Of a stretch of DNA of 64,000 bases, positions 42,951 through 53,429 are shown one piece after another. Position numbers and translations under genes: made by a program. The stretch is from Gammaproteobacteria bacterium (lineage in GTDB: Bacteria; Pseudomonadota; Gammaproteobacteria; GCA-002705445; GCA-002716945): the NCBI GenBank assembly GCA_018667355.1, contig JABIVC010000013.1, forward strand, positions 3,296 through 67,295, in the 5' to 3' direction. A model generated the notes under the pieces. The model saw only the letters and a program-made list of their open reading frames with translations. It searched no databases and was not told where the DNA came from. How positions within the stretch are numbered: position 1 is the first letter of the stretch; each line of letters begins with the position of its first letter.

Positions 42951-43781
42951 ATGGAACGATATAAAAAAAGAATCCGACAAGCATTTAATACAAAAGCATC
43001 TACCTATGATCAATACTCAATAGTTCAAAGAGAAGTAGGGAGGAGGATGGTAGAGAGGATAGATTTGTTAAAATCCAAACCATTAAGTATTTTAGATTTA
43101 GGAAGTGGGACGGGATATTTAGCGGAGCTATTATTATTAAAATTTTCAACTTCAAGTATAACTTGCTTAGATTTAGCTGATAATATGTTATTAGAATGTA
43201 AGAAGAAAAACCCAAACCTTCATTTAATTATATCTGATATTGAAAACATGCCTTTCAAGCCAGCTTCTTTTGATTTAATAATATCGAGCTTTACTCTTCA
43301 TTGGTGCGAGGAAATAGAAAAAATATTTTTTGATGTTAGGAAGCTTTTGAAAAATAATGGGGTATTCATGTTTACAACAGTAGGCCCCAATACTTTAAGG
43401 GAATTACAGGATGCTTATAAAGACATTGACGTCGAACAACACATTAATTCTTTTACTGATATGCATTTGTATGGGGACTCTCTTTTGAAATGCGGATTTG
43501 ATGATCCGGTTATGGATTCAGAGGAAATAATAGTGGAATACAAAAATTTTAAGGGTGTCCTTGATTCCCTTAAGAAAACTGGCGCAAATACTGTTATAGG
43601 CCAAAAGCCTAGATATTTAAATAAGGAGACTTTTAAAAGATTATCTGATAAATATCCTAGAAATAAGGATAATGGCAGTTTTCCAGTAACATATGAAATG
43701 ATTTATGGCATGTCGTGGAATAGGATAAAAACAGATATTGACTGTAGTCAAGACAAGGTTATTCCTATTAAAAAGATTTGA
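42951..43781 (+). CDS. bioC: Malonyl-ACP O-methyltransferase
   Basis: Q..F...A..YD..S.VQ N-terminus typical of BioC. SAM motif ILDLGSGTGY. 276 aa. Confidence 0.75.
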   Translation: MERYKKRIRQAFNTKASTYDQYSIVQREVGRRMVERIDLLKSKPLSILDLGSGTGYLAELLLLKFSTSSITCLDLADNMLLECKKKNPNLHLIISDIENMPFKPASFDLIISSFTLHWCEEIEKIFFDVRKLLKNNGVFMFTTVGPNTLRELQDAYKDIDVEQHINSFTDMHLYGDSLLKCGFDDPVMDSEEIIVEYKNFKGVLDSLKKTGANTVIGQKPRYLNKETFKRLSDKYPRNKDNGSFPVTYEMIYGMSWNRIKTDIDCSQDKVIPIKKI

Positions 43782-43854
43782 TTTTTATTAAATTAGAAAT
43801 TCCATAAATACTAATATTTTGTTATGATGAAGCTCATTAAATAAAGGATGATTA

Positions 43855-44649
43855 ATGAGAATATCTAATATTTTATTAATGGTTATTTTCCCGACTACAG
43901 CTTTAGCTGAATGGGAAACAAATATGCCACGTGGAGTGACTCCTACAAGTGAGGTTGCATATGATTTGCATATGCTAATTTTTTATATAACTGTAGTTAT
44001 CGGCATACTTGTATTTAGCGCAATGCTATATTCCATAATATATCACCGTAAATCTTTAGGTCATGAGCCCGCTAAATTCCATGAAAGCACCAAAGTTGAG
44101 ATTATATGGACTGTTATCCCATTCATCATATTAGTTGGAATGGCTATACCCGCAACTAAAGCGCTAATAATGATGGAAGATACTAGAGATTCTGAAATTA
44201 CCGTCAAAGTAACCGGATATCAGTGGATGTGGCAATACGAATATCTAGAAGATGATGTTAGTTTCTTTAGTAAAATTGATAATGAGAGCAATGTTGCCAG
44301 AAGATTAGGCTCTAATGTTGATGTAAAAAAGGTTAAAAATTATTTACGTAATGTAGACAATGCTGTTGTCTTGCCTACCAATACTAAAGTGCGAATACTT
44401 TTGACTGCTAATGATGTAATACATGCTTGGTGGGTCCCTGAATTGGGAGGAAAAAAAGATGCTATACCAGGTTTTGTAAATGAGCTTTGGGTAGACATTA
44501 AGGAGCCTGGCACATATAGAGGTCAATGTGCTGAATTATGTGGCAAAGATCATGGATTTATGCCAATTGTCGTACATGCAGTTTCTAAACCAGAATATTA
44601 TAAATGGGTCGGCATCCAAAAAACTAATAAAGTTGCTAAGAATAAATAA
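43855..44649 (+). CDS. coxB: Cytochrome c oxidase (aa3-type) subunit II
   Basis: CuA site VIHAWWVPELGGKKDAIPG...CAELCGKDHGFMP. Signal peptide plus 2 TM helices. 264 aa. Confidence 0.9.
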   Translation: MRISNILLMVIFPTTALAEWETNMPRGVTPTSEVAYDLHMLIFYITVVIGILVFSAMLYSIIYHRKSLGHEPAKFHESTKVEIIWTVIPFIILVGMAIPATKALIMMEDTRDSEITVKVTGYQWMWQYEYLEDDVSFFSKIDNESNVARRLGSNVDVKKVKNYLRNVDNAVVLPTNTKVRILLTANDVIHAWWVPELGGKKDAIPGFVNELWVDIKEPGTYRGQCAELCGKDHGFMPIVVHAVSKPEYYKWVGIQKTNKVAKNK

Positions 44650-44661
44650 ACGGAAAATTTT

Positions 44662-46239
44662 ATGAGTACTAATATAGATAAATTACATGATGATCATCAC
44701 CATACACCATCAGGAATAATGAGATGGATAACAACAACTAATCATAAAGATATAGGTAGTATGTATTTATGGTTTAGTTTAATTATGTTTTTTGTAGGTG
44801 GTTTAATGGCCTTAGTGATTAGAGCTGAATTATTTCAGCCAGGACTACAATTAGTTGTACCAGGATTTTTTAATCAGATGACGACTATGCATGCACTGGT
44901 TATGATATTTGGTGCTGTGATGCCTGCATTTGTTGGGTTAGCAAATTGGCAATTACCAATTATGATTGGTGCTCCTGACATGGCCTTACCAAGACTAAAC
45001 AACTGGAGTTTTTGGATATTACCTTTTGCGTTTACAATGATGCTCAGCACTTTATTTTTTGGAAGTGGTGGCCCAGCAGCCGGCTGGACATTGTACCCAC
45101 CATTGTCACTACAGGGCGGTGATTCATTTCCGTTCACAATTTTGTCTATACACATGCTTGGACTGTCATCAATATTAGGAGCAATAAATGTCATTGCAAC
45201 AATACTTAATATGAGAGCGCCAGGTATGACATTAATGAAAATGCCTATATTTGTCTGGACATGGTTAATTACAGCTTTCTTACTAATTGCGTCAATGCCA
45301 GTATTAGCGGGTGCTGTAACAATGTTACTAACTGATAAGTTTTTTGGAACAATGTTCTTCACAGCATCAGGTGGTGGTGACCCCGCAATGTTTCAGCATA
45401 TTTTTTGGTTTTTTGGCCACCCTGAAGTATATATTTTAATATTACCTGCATTCGGTATAGTATCTACAATAATCCCTGCTTTTTCTAGAAAGAGATTATT
45501 CGGTTATGATTCTATGGTTTATGCAACAGCATCTATCGCTTTGTTGTCATTTATTGTCTGGGCGCATCATATGTTTACTGTTGGTATGCCACTTGCAGGT
45601 GAAATATTTTTTATGTTTACAACAATGTTGATTGCTATACCTACGGGAGTAAAAGTATTTAATTGGGTTGCTACCATGTGGAAAGGATCAATGACTTTTG
45701 AAACGCCAATGCTATTTGCGTTAGCGTTTATTGTTCTGTTTACAATAGGTGGTTTTTCAGGATTAATGTTAGCAATGGTACCAGCTGATTTCCAATATCA
45801 TGATACGTATTTTGTAGTAGCACATTTCCATTATGTCTTAGTGCCTGGAGCAGTTTTTGCAATAATGGCAGCAGTATATTATTGGTTGCCCAAGTGGACT
45901 GGAAAAATGTATAACGAAGGACTAGGTAAATTACATTTTTGGCTGACCACAATATTTGTAAATTTAACTTTTTTCCCTATGCATTTTGTTGGCTTAGCCG
46001 GAATGCCAAGAAGAATCCCAGATTATGCAGTTCAATTCGCAGATTTTAATGCAATCGCATCTGTGGGAGCATTTGGCTTTGGGTTATCGCAACTACTTTT
46101 TGTTTATATTTTATTTAATACACTCAAAAAGGATGTAACTGCAGAAGATAAAGTTTGGGAAGGTGCTGAAGGATTAGAGTGGACTCTACCATCTCCTCCT
46201 CCTTATCATTCGTTTGAAGAAGCACCTAAAGTTGACTAA
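44662..46239 (+). CDS. coxA: Cytochrome c oxidase subunit I
   Basis: 12-TM haem-copper oxidase core. [14 protein letters not shown]. 525 aa. Confidence 0.95.
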   Translation: MSTNIDKLHDDHHHTPSGIMRWITTTNHKDIGSMYLWFSLIMFFVGGLMALVIRAELFQPGLQLVVPGFFNQMTTMHALVMIFGAVMPAFVGLANWQLPIMIGAPDMALPRLNNWSFWILPFAFTMMLSTLFFGSGGPAAGWTLYPPLSLQGGDSFPFTILSIHMLGLSSILGAINVIATILNMRAPGMTLMKMPIFVWTWLITAFLLIASMPVLAGAVTMLLTDKFFGTMFFTASGGGDPAMFQHIFWFFGHPEVYILILPAFGIVSTIIPAFSRKRLFGYDSMVYATASIALLSFIVWAHHMFTVGMPLAGEIFFMFTTMLIAIPTGVKVFNWVATMWKGSMTFETPMLFALAFIVLFTIGGFSGLMLAMVPADFQYHDTYFVVAHFHYVLVPGAVFAIMAAVYYWLPKWTGKMYNEGLGKLHFWLTTIFVNLTFFPMHFVGLAGMPRRIPDYAVQFADFNAIASVGAFGFGLSQLLFVYILFNTLKKDVTAEDKVWEGAEGLEWTLPSPPPYHSFEEAPKVD

Positions 46240-46766
46240 TGAGTAATTTTAAAAAAACATACTTTTCTTTAATATTTTTTACTATATTCATGTTTTCATT
46301 TTCATATATGCTTGTGCCTTTATATGATATTTTTTGTGAAATAACAGGTTTGAATGGTAAGACTAACCAAACAAAAGTAATAGCAGTCAATGAAAATCCC
46401 GTTGAAAGATTTGTAACAGTCAAATTCACATCTACAGTTGCTAACTCTGCACCATTTACTTTTGAACCTATAGACAGGGAAATGATTGTTCAGGTTGGTA
46501 AAATAAATAACACATTTTATACATTAACAAATAATACTAAAACAATTAAACATGCAACTGCAAGCCCGAGTGTAGTTCCGCATGAAGACGCAGAGTATTT
46601 TAAAAAAATTGAATGTTTCTGTTTCAGTCAGCAACAAATAAATGGATTGGAAACTAAGGAGTTACCACTTCAGTTTATAATTGACAATGAATTACCTAAT
46701 GATACAAGAACATTGATACTGTCTTATACAATGTTTAATACCACAGACCAATTAGGTTCTAACTAA
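46239..46766 (+). CDS. ctaG: Cytochrome c oxidase assembly protein CtaG/Cox11 (CuB insertion)
   Basis: CFCF copper-binding motif (IECFCFSQQ). N-terminal TM helix. 175 aa. Confidence 0.85.
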   Translation: MSNFKKTYFSLIFFTIFMFSFSYMLVPLYDIFCEITGLNGKTNQTKVIAVNENPVERFVTVKFTSTVANSAPFTFEPIDREMIVQVGKINNTFYTLTNNTKTIKHATASPSVVPHEDAEYFKKIECFCFSQQQINGLETKELPLQFIIDNELPNDTRTLILSYTMFNTTDQLGSN

Positions 46767-46778
46767 GGAGAATAATAT

Positions 46779-47642
46779 ATGAGCGGATCTAATAGTTATT
46801 ATGTACCACATGAATCAAGTTGGCCCTTTTTAACAACAATTTCAATTATAGTATTATTTATTGGCGGAGCTAATTATATGAATGGGTATGCTTCAGGTAC
46901 ATCTGTCATGCTTTTGGGACTAGCTTTTTTATTTATAGTAACTTATGGTTGGTTTTCTACAGTCATTAGGGAGAGTGAGGCTGGAATCTATAACTCACAG
47001 GTTGATATATCATTTCGCTGGGGAATGGTCTGGTTCATTTTCTCTGAAGTTATGTTCTTCTCGGCTTTTTTTGGAGCTCTTTATTATGCAAGAGAATTAT
47101 CTTTACCATGGTTAGGGGGAGAAGGCGCAAAGGCAGCTACTAATATATTCTTATGGCCACAATTTGAAAATGTATGGCCATCTAATGGTCCAACAAATGC
47201 TAATGGAGAGTTTACTTTAGTTAAAGCTGGTGGAATACCGGCACTTAACACAATTTTACTTCTAACTAGTGGGTTGACTGTGACTTGGGCACATCATGGA
47301 TTAAAAGAACAAAATAGAAAAAAATTAATCTATGGTCTTATAATGACTGTGTTGTTAGGGTTTATTTTTGTTGGTTTTCAAGCATATGAGTATATGCATG
47401 CATATTCAGACTTAAATTTAAAAATGACATCAGGTATTTATGGGTCAACATTCTATATGTTGACTGGTTTCCATGGCTTCCATGTAACATTAGGAGCAGT
47501 CATGCTAACTGTTATATTATTTAGATGTATAAACGGTCATTTCTCTGGTGATAATCACTTTGGTTTCGAAGCTGTAGCATGGTATTGGCACTTTGTTGAT
47601 GTAGTGTGGCTAGGACTTTTTGTATTTGTATATTGGCTCTAA
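46779..47642 (+). CDS. coxC: Cytochrome c oxidase subunit III
   Basis: 7-TM. FHGFHVTLG signature. 287 aa. Confidence 0.9.
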   Translation: MSGSNSYYVPHESSWPFLTTISIIVLFIGGANYMNGYASGTSVMLLGLAFLFIVTYGWFSTVIRESEAGIYNSQVDISFRWGMVWFIFSEVMFFSAFFGALYYARELSLPWLGGEGAKAATNIFLWPQFENVWPSNGPTNANGEFTLVKAGGIPALNTILLLTSGLTVTWAHHGLKEQNRKKLIYGLIMTVLLGFIFVGFQAYEYMHAYSDLNLKMTSGIYGSTFYMLTGFHGFHVTLGAVMLTVILFRCINGHFSGDNHFGFEAVAWYWHFVDVVWLGLFVFVYWL

Positions 47643-47643
47643 G

Positions 47644-47841
47644 TCAGATTCCGTGGGGTTTTATTAAATCTAAATAATACCCTATTATTAACATAGTAAA
47701 TAACAACACAGAGAGAATAACCCTAGTCCTCAATGAACTAAAACCACGCGTAGATGGTTTCTTGTCCTTAATAATATAAAAAAAACCTGCTGTAAGATTA
47801 TAAATGATTAGCGCTAGTAATATTAATATTATATATTTCAT
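47644..47841 (-). CDS. Twin-TM small membrane protein (DUF2909-like) commonly found in cox clusters
   Basis: 65 aa with two hydrophobic helices separated by KDKKPSTRGFSSLRTRV. Opposite strand to the cox genes. Confidence 0.4.
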   Translation of the reverse strand: MKYIILILLALIIYNLTAGFFYIIKDKKPSTRGFSSLRTRVILSVLLFTMLIIGYYLDLIKPHGI

Positions 47842-47883
47842 TTTAGATAGAAAAACTATATGTATTTAGCATACAAAAAATAA

Positions 47884-48570
47884 ATGACTAAAACTATTAA
47901 ATTATTATTTTTTTTACCACTAATCATGATTTGCGTCTTCTTGGGTTTTTGGCAAATAGATAGAGGTAATGAGAAGCAGGTAATATATACTGCTTTTACA
48001 GATAAGTTAAAAAATTCTCCTATTGATTATAAGTACTTGGAAGAATATCCTGATCAGTTTACCCGAACTATAATAAATGGCAGGTATATTACCGACAAGC
48101 AATTCCTGCTTGATAATAAAGTTTTTGAAAAAAGAGCTGGCTATGAAGTAATTACTCCTTTAGTAGTTAATGAAAAAATTATCTTAATCAATAGAGGATG
48201 GCTTTATAATAATTCAAGACAGTTTTTACCAAACATATCAATTAAAAGCACAACGGAGTCTATCGCAGGATATGTTTATTATTATAATGATAACTTTTAT
48301 GATTTAGCTGATGATAGCTATACATCATCATGGCCATTAATAATACAAAACATTGAGATTCAAAAAATAGCTGAACTGCTACAGATGGATGTAGAGCCAT
48401 ATGTTATAATAATGAATCAAAAACAAGTTAACTCTTATGATATTCAGAATATTATTAGTGAGAATCCAGAGCTCAAGCACTACATGTATGCTGGACAGTG
48501 GTTTCTGTTTTCGATTATAGGTTTTATTTTTATGGTAATTTTAATGAGGAAGGAAAATTCTAATGAATAG
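47884..48570 (+). CDS. surf1: SURF1-family cytochrome oxidase assembly protein
   Basis: N-terminal TM helix, then LGFWQIDRGNEK and NRGW motifs, then a C-terminal TM helix. 228 aa. Confidence 0.8.
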   Translation: MTKTIKLLFFLPLIMICVFLGFWQIDRGNEKQVIYTAFTDKLKNSPIDYKYLEEYPDQFTRTIINGRYITDKQFLLDNKVFEKRAGYEVITPLVVNEKIILINRGWLYNNSRQFLPNISIKSTTESIAGYVYYYNDNFYDLADDSYTSSWPLIIQNIEIQKIAELLQMDVEPYVIIMNQKQVNSYDIQNIISENPELKHYMYAGQWFLFSIIGFIFMVILMRKENSNE

Positions 48571-49126
48571 AGGCCAGCTTAAACTAACAATTATAGTATC
48601 AATTTTTATTTTACCGTTCATTATTTCTTATCTTATGCTGGATGACTATTCCCCTGGCAAAGACTATGCGACAACTAATTATGGTGATTTAATTATCCCA
48701 ATGGTTAATATTAGTGATGTCAATATAATAGTTGATAATAAAACTCTACCAAATGGAAAATGGCTTTTACTTTATTATTCAAACACTAAATGCGATAAAG
48801 AGTGCTTCGAAAGCATATATTTAATGCGACAGGTTAATACTGCATTAGGAAAAGATATGGATAGATTAAAAAGGATTTTCTTATCTAATAATTTGTTAAG
48901 TAACTCTGTGAAGACTAATTTATTAGAAAATTATCCAGACCTTCTTATTATAAAAAATAAACCTAATAAAATTCATGTTTTGATTAAAGAAGTATCTAAT
49001 AATAAAAATGCAGTTTTATTAATTGATCCACTCGGTAATGTTATACTTAGGTATGATAATAATTTTGATGGAAAAAAACTCCTTAAAGATATAAAAAAAT
49101 TATTTAAACTTTCACGAGTAGGGTAA
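48563..49126 (+). CDS. SCO1/SenC-like thioredoxin-fold copper chaperone (divergent)
   Basis: NGKWLLLYYSNTKCDKEC parallels KGKVWVADFMFTNCQTVCP (CxxxC). LLIDPLGNVILRY parallels YLIDQNGKVMKKY. N-terminal TM anchor. 187 aa. Confidence 0.5.
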   Translation: MNRGQLKLTIIVSIFILPFIISYLMLDDYSPGKDYATTNYGDLIIPMVNISDVNIIVDNKTLPNGKWLLLYYSNTKCDKECFESIYLMRQVNTALGKDMDRLKRIFLSNNLLSNSVKTNLLENYPDLLIIKNKPNKIHVLIKEVSNNKNAVLLIDPLGNVILRYDNNFDGKKLLKDIKKLFKLSRVG

Positions 49127-49128
49127 TT

Positions 49129-50127
49129 ATGTCTCTAGATACTTTGAGAAATATATGCTTCTTTGGCGCGCTATATATACTAGTTGTAATATCGGTAGGG
49201 GCTTGGGTTAGATTAACTGATGCAGGTCTTGGTTGCCCAGACTGGCCCGGTTGTTATGGTATTTTAGGAACCCCTGAGACTGATACTGAAATTATGAAAG
49301 CCAAAGAGTTATATCCTGACGCTTCCATTGATACTGGCAAAGCATGGCGTGAGATGTTTCATAGATATCTCGCCGGAATCTTAGGTATCTTTGTGTTTTA
49401 CATATCATATCTCACAATTAGATATGCTAAACATGTATCAATAATATTTCCAATTGCCTTATCCACTCTTATTATTATACAGTCAATCATGGGCATGTTA
49501 ACTGTGACTGAGTTAGTTAAGCCAACAATAGTTACAACTCATTTAGTACTTGGTATGTCCACAGCAACATTATTATTATGGAATGGGTTACTAATACAAG
49601 GCAGTAAATTCTTAGCTTTAATTGATAAGAAGTTAATTATTTTATTAATATTATGTATAACTGGGTTAGTGATACAAATTATTTTAGGAGGTTGGACAAG
49701 CACAAATTATGCTTCACTAGCTTGTACTGATTTTCCTAAATGTGATAATTCATGGTGGCCATCTAATATGGATTATCAAAAGGGGTTTACTGTTTTTAAT
49801 CTACCAGATATTAATTATGAGTTAGCACCATTAGCATATAATGCGAAGGTAGCTATTCATTTTACACATCGTTTTGGGGCACTATTATTAACAGCATTAT
49901 ATTTATACCTATTTGCGTATATATTCTTTAAACAATCAAATACTACTATCAAGCTAATAAGCATAATAGCGCTACTAGTTTTTGTTTTACAAATTATCCT
50001 TGGAATCAGTAATGTTATATATAGCCTTCCAATTAATATTGCTGTACTGCATACAGTCAATGCCTCAATACTTCTAATGAGCATGATAACACTGTTATAT
50101 TATTCGACATATCATCCACAAAGGTGA
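49129..50127 (+). CDS. ctaA: Haem A synthase (COX15/CtaA)
   Basis: 8-TM. Paired conserved His in TM helices (HRYLAGI, HFTHRFGA). CPDWPGC loop. 332 aa. Confidence 0.8.
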   Translation: MSLDTLRNICFFGALYILVVISVGAWVRLTDAGLGCPDWPGCYGILGTPETDTEIMKAKELYPDASIDTGKAWREMFHRYLAGILGIFVFYISYLTIRYAKHVSIIFPIALSTLIIIQSIMGMLTVTELVKPTIVTTHLVLGMSTATLLLWNGLLIQGSKFLALIDKKLIILLILCITGLVIQIILGGWTSTNYASLACTDFPKCDNSWWPSNMDYQKGFTVFNLPDINYELAPLAYNAKVAIHFTHRFGALLLTALYLYLFAYIFFKQSNTTIKLISIIALLVFVLQIILGISNVIYSLPINIAVLHTVNASILLMSMITLLYYSTYHPQR

Positions 50128-50139
50128 TAAAATCTACTC

Positions 50140-51048
50140 ATGCGAAATTCATCAACATATACCCAGAATAGCTTTTTAAGTATATTACGAGAATTCATTA
50201 CTCTCACAAAACCTAGAGTCAATTTACTGATAATGTTCACAGCTATAGTTGGAATGTTATTAGCACATCAAAATAATCTGAATTATGAGTTGATAATATT
50301 TGCGAGCTTAGGCATAGGGTTGGCAGCCTCAGCAGCTGCTATAATTAATCATGTTGTTGATCAGAAGATTGACTCCATCATGGATAGAACAAAATCTCGC
50401 CCCTTAGTAAACGGATCTATAAAGCCGCTACATGCAATATATTTTGCTCTATTTTTATCTGTAACATCAATAACAATGTTATATATGTTTGTTAACACTT
50501 TAACTGCATTATTAACATTGTTATCAATCATTATATATTCTGTAATATATTCTGTTTATCTAAAAAATTTAACATCACAGAATATTGTAATTGGTGGAAT
50601 TGCTGGAGCTATGCCGCCATTACTTGGCTGGACGTCCATTACTAATCAAATTGAGCCATTTCCATTAGTTCTTTTCTTAATTATTTTTTTATGGACCCCA
50701 CCACATTTTTGGGCATTGGCGGTATATAAATATGAAGATTATAAAAAAGCAGATATACCAATGTTGCCAGTAACACATGGTAAAGATTTTGCAAGATTGC
50801 ATATATTCTTATACTCAATACTTCTTTTTTGTATCACATTATTTCCATATATTTTAGGTTTATCAGGTTTTATATATTTGACTGGTATTGTCTTAATTGG
50901 CCTCAAGTTTGTCATAGACTCTTACATTCTAATGACCAGCAAGTCTCACTCACAAGCTATTGCGCTATTTAAATATTCAATAACTTATCTTGCAATTCTT
51001 TTCGCACTATTACTCTTTGATCATTTTTGGTATTTATCTGCAGGCTAG
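50140..51048 (+). CDS. ctaB: Protohaem IX farnesyltransferase (haem O synthase)
   Basis: UbiA-family motifs NHVVDQKIDSIMDRTKSRP and GGIAGAMPPLLGW. 302 aa. Confidence 0.9.
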   Translation: MRNSSTYTQNSFLSILREFITLTKPRVNLLIMFTAIVGMLLAHQNNLNYELIIFASLGIGLAASAAAIINHVVDQKIDSIMDRTKSRPLVNGSIKPLHAIYFALFLSVTSITMLYMFVNTLTALLTLLSIIIYSVIYSVYLKNLTSQNIVIGGIAGAMPPLLGWTSITNQIEPFPLVLFLIIFLWTPPHFWALAVYKYEDYKKADIPMLPVTHGKDFARLHIFLYSILLFCITLFPYILGLSGFIYLTGIVLIGLKFVIDSYILMTSKSHSQAIALFKYSITYLAILFALLLFDHFWYLSAG

Positions 51049-51055
51049 ATTTAGC

Positions 51056-51916
51056 TCAAGCTAATAAGATAGTATCTTTTAGAAGACTAAGGGATTTACT
51101 TTCAATCTGTCTAATTCGTTCTTTTGATATGTTATACTTTTTAGACAAATCATTTAAAGTACTTTTGTTATCCAATAGATAACGCTGACTTATTATATCT
51201 TTGCTTCTGTCATCAAGTTTAGACATAGCATTTTCTAATCTATGAAGACTATCAGAACACTCAGTTTCATATTCTAGTTTTTCAAGCGGATTTAAATCAT
51301 TATTACTCATATATGTGGCTGGGGATATTTCATCATCATCAGATGGATCGAATGACACATCTTTCCCACTTAACCTAGATTCCATTTGTGTCACAGTTTC
51401 TGGTTTTACATCTAACTCGTTGGCAATATCTTTTTTTTCAGTCTCTGTTAACCAAGATGTATGAGTTTTTTTGCTTTTTAGTTTAAAAAATAATTTTCGC
51501 TGAGCTTTTGTTGTTGCAACTTTCACCATTCTCCAGTTTTTAATTACAAACTCATGTATTTCCGCTCTAATCCAATAAATCGCAAAAGACAGCAGTCTAA
51601 CTTTTTTATCTGGGTCAAATCTCTTTACAGCTTTCATTAGACCAATATTTCCTTCTTGTATTAAATCTAGAAGTGGTAATCCGTATCCTTTATATGTCTT
51701 AGCGACATGAACAACAAACCTCAGATGTGCTAAGACTAATTTTCTTGCTGCATCTAGATCATCAGATGAATTTAGTTTCTTAAACAAAGATATTTCTTCC
51801 TCTCTTGATAGCAGAGGTGTTTTTCTTAACTGGTTAAGATAAATATCTAAAGAATCACCAGACTCTAGGCCTAATGACAGTTCAGCTGGCAAATTTTCCA
51901 TAAGTATATTACTCAT
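51056..51916 (-). CDS. rpoH: RNA polymerase sigma-32 (heat-shock sigma factor)
   Basis: RpoH box QRKLFFKLK. Region 2 LIQEGNIGLMKAVKRFDP. Region 4 HTH. 286 aa. Confidence 0.9.
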   Translation of the reverse strand: MSNILMENLPAELSLGLESGDSLDIYLNQLRKTPLLSREEEISLFKKLNSSDDLDAARKLVLAHLRFVVHVAKTYKGYGLPLLDLIQEGNIGLMKAVKRFDPDKKVRLLSFAIYWIRAEIHEFVIKNWRMVKVATTKAQRKLFFKLKSKKTHTSWLTETEKKDIANELDVKPETVTQMESRLSGKDVSFDPSDDDEISPATYMSNNDLNPLEKLEYETECSDSLHRLENAMSKLDDRSKDIISQRYLLDNKSTLNDLSKKYNISKERIRQIESKSLSLLKDTILLA

Positions 51917-52088
51917 AAGTATTCTTCCTACAAGCTAATTATAATGGCTAATTTAAGGTATTCAAGGTTATAAAGTATGTTTTTAGCTATATTTCTTAAT
52001 ATTCTAAGCTATTTATCAATATATATGTCAATTAAACCCTAATTAAAAAGGATATTATGTATGTATAATTTTTTGTTATAATCTTATT

Positions 52089-53429
52089 GTGAAATATAAT
52101 ATCGTCAAATTATTCTTTTTCAATACCATTTTTTTAATGGGTATAATGCCATCCTTAGTAGAATCTAATATGAGTTTTTCTGACAGGATAGAGGAATATA
52201 CTCTAGATAATGGATTAAAAGTAATACTGATTGAGGACAATAGAAGTCCAACAGTAGTTTCTAGTATTTGGTATAAAGTTGGATCGAGTTATGAGTATAA
52301 AGGTATCTCTGGTATTTCTCATGTCTTAGAACATATGATGTTCAAAGGTACAAAGAATACTTCCCCAGGTGAATTTTCAAAAAAAATTAAAGAGGTAGGG
52401 GGATCAGAAAATGCATTTACAGGAAGAGATTTTACAGGATATTATCAAAAGGTACATAAAGATTATTTAGAGCTATCCTTAAAGCTTGAGTCGGATCGTA
52501 TGACTAATCTAATCTTTATTGAAGAAGAGTTTAAAAAAGAAGTTGATGTGGTTAAAGAAGAAAGAAGACTTAGAACAGATGATAAGCCTGTTTCAAAAGT
52601 TTTTGAAAAAATAGGATTACAAGCATATGGTATGAATGGTTATGGTATACCAATTATTGGGTCAATGAGAGATTTAGATAATATTACAATTAATGATTTA
52701 AAAAAATGGTATACAAACTTTTATACTCCTAACAATGCAACTCTCATACTTGCTGGCAGCTTTGATTCAGCTAATGCAAAATATTTAATTAAAAAATATT
52801 ATGGAAGTTATAAAGGAAGCAAGGTACTGGATTATTCGCAAGCTGATAATCATGAAACATCATTCAATCCTATATCAGTTGAAGATAAAGTATCTGAACC
52901 TGTAATTTTACTATCATTTAAAAGTCAGTCTTTTAGTCTCAATGTTAAAAAAAAATTATATGCAATGGAGATACTTTTAGAATTAATGGATGGGGGTCTA
53001 TCTTCAAGGTTCACTAAAAACTTAATAGATAACGACAGAATTGCCTTAAATACGTTCATATCCTACGATTCATATTCAAGAAAGAGTGGCCTCATAACTC
53101 TTGGTGGCTCTCCTAGAAAAGGGGTATCTCCGGAGTATTTAAAAACTGCTCTTCTAAATCAATTTTCTGAATTTATAGAAGGTGGTCTACAAGGGAGTGA
53201 GTTGTCAGATACAAAGTCTCGATTATTAGCCAATAAGATTTATGAGTTTGATTCAGTATTTTATCAAGCTATGAAAGTTGGTATGTTAGAAGCAAAAAAT
53301 TTTGACTGGCGTTTATTAGATGAATATATCAATGATATTAATTCCATAACAGAAGATGATTTAATTGATGCAGCTGAAATAATAATTAGCAGTGATTATA
53401 TCTACTCTTTGATTGAGCCTACGTCATGA
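52089..53429 (+). CDS. M16-family zinc peptidase, active subunit (PqqL/PqqF-like), secreted
   Basis: Inverted zinc motif HVLEHMMFKGT (HxxEH). Signal peptide. 446 aa. Confidence 0.8.
   Translation: MKYNIVKLFFFNTIFLMGIMPSLVESNMSFSDRIEEYTLDNGLKVILIEDNRSPTVVSSIWYKVGSSYEYKGISGISHVLEHMMFKGTKNTSPGEFSKKIKEVGGSENAFTGRDFTGYYQKVHKDYLELSLKLESDRMTNLIFIEEEFKKEVDVVKEERRLRTDDKPVSKVFEKIGLQAYGMNGYGIPIIGSMRDLDNITINDLKKWYTNFYTPNNATLILAGSFDSANAKYLIKKYYGSYKGSKVLDYSQADNHETSFNPISVEDKVSEPVILLSFKSQSFSLNVKKKLYAMEILLELMDGGLSSRFTKNLIDNDRIALNTFISYDSYSRKSGLITLGGSPRKGVSPEYLKTALLNQFSEFIEGGLQGSELSDTKSRLLANKIYEFDSVFYQAMKVGMLEAKNFDWRLLDEYINDINSITEDDLIDAAEIIISSDYIYSLIEPTS

Noticed and set aside
44874-45362. 162-aa antisense ORF inside coxA, and similar long antisense ORFs inside pfk (8651-9025), dnaG (29817-30290), gltB (34693-34908), aroB and midA
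   Set aside because: Each lies fully within a confidently identified, highly conserved gene on the other strand. The translations are low-complexity with no motifs. Such open antisense frames are expected where the sense strand has strong codon bias.
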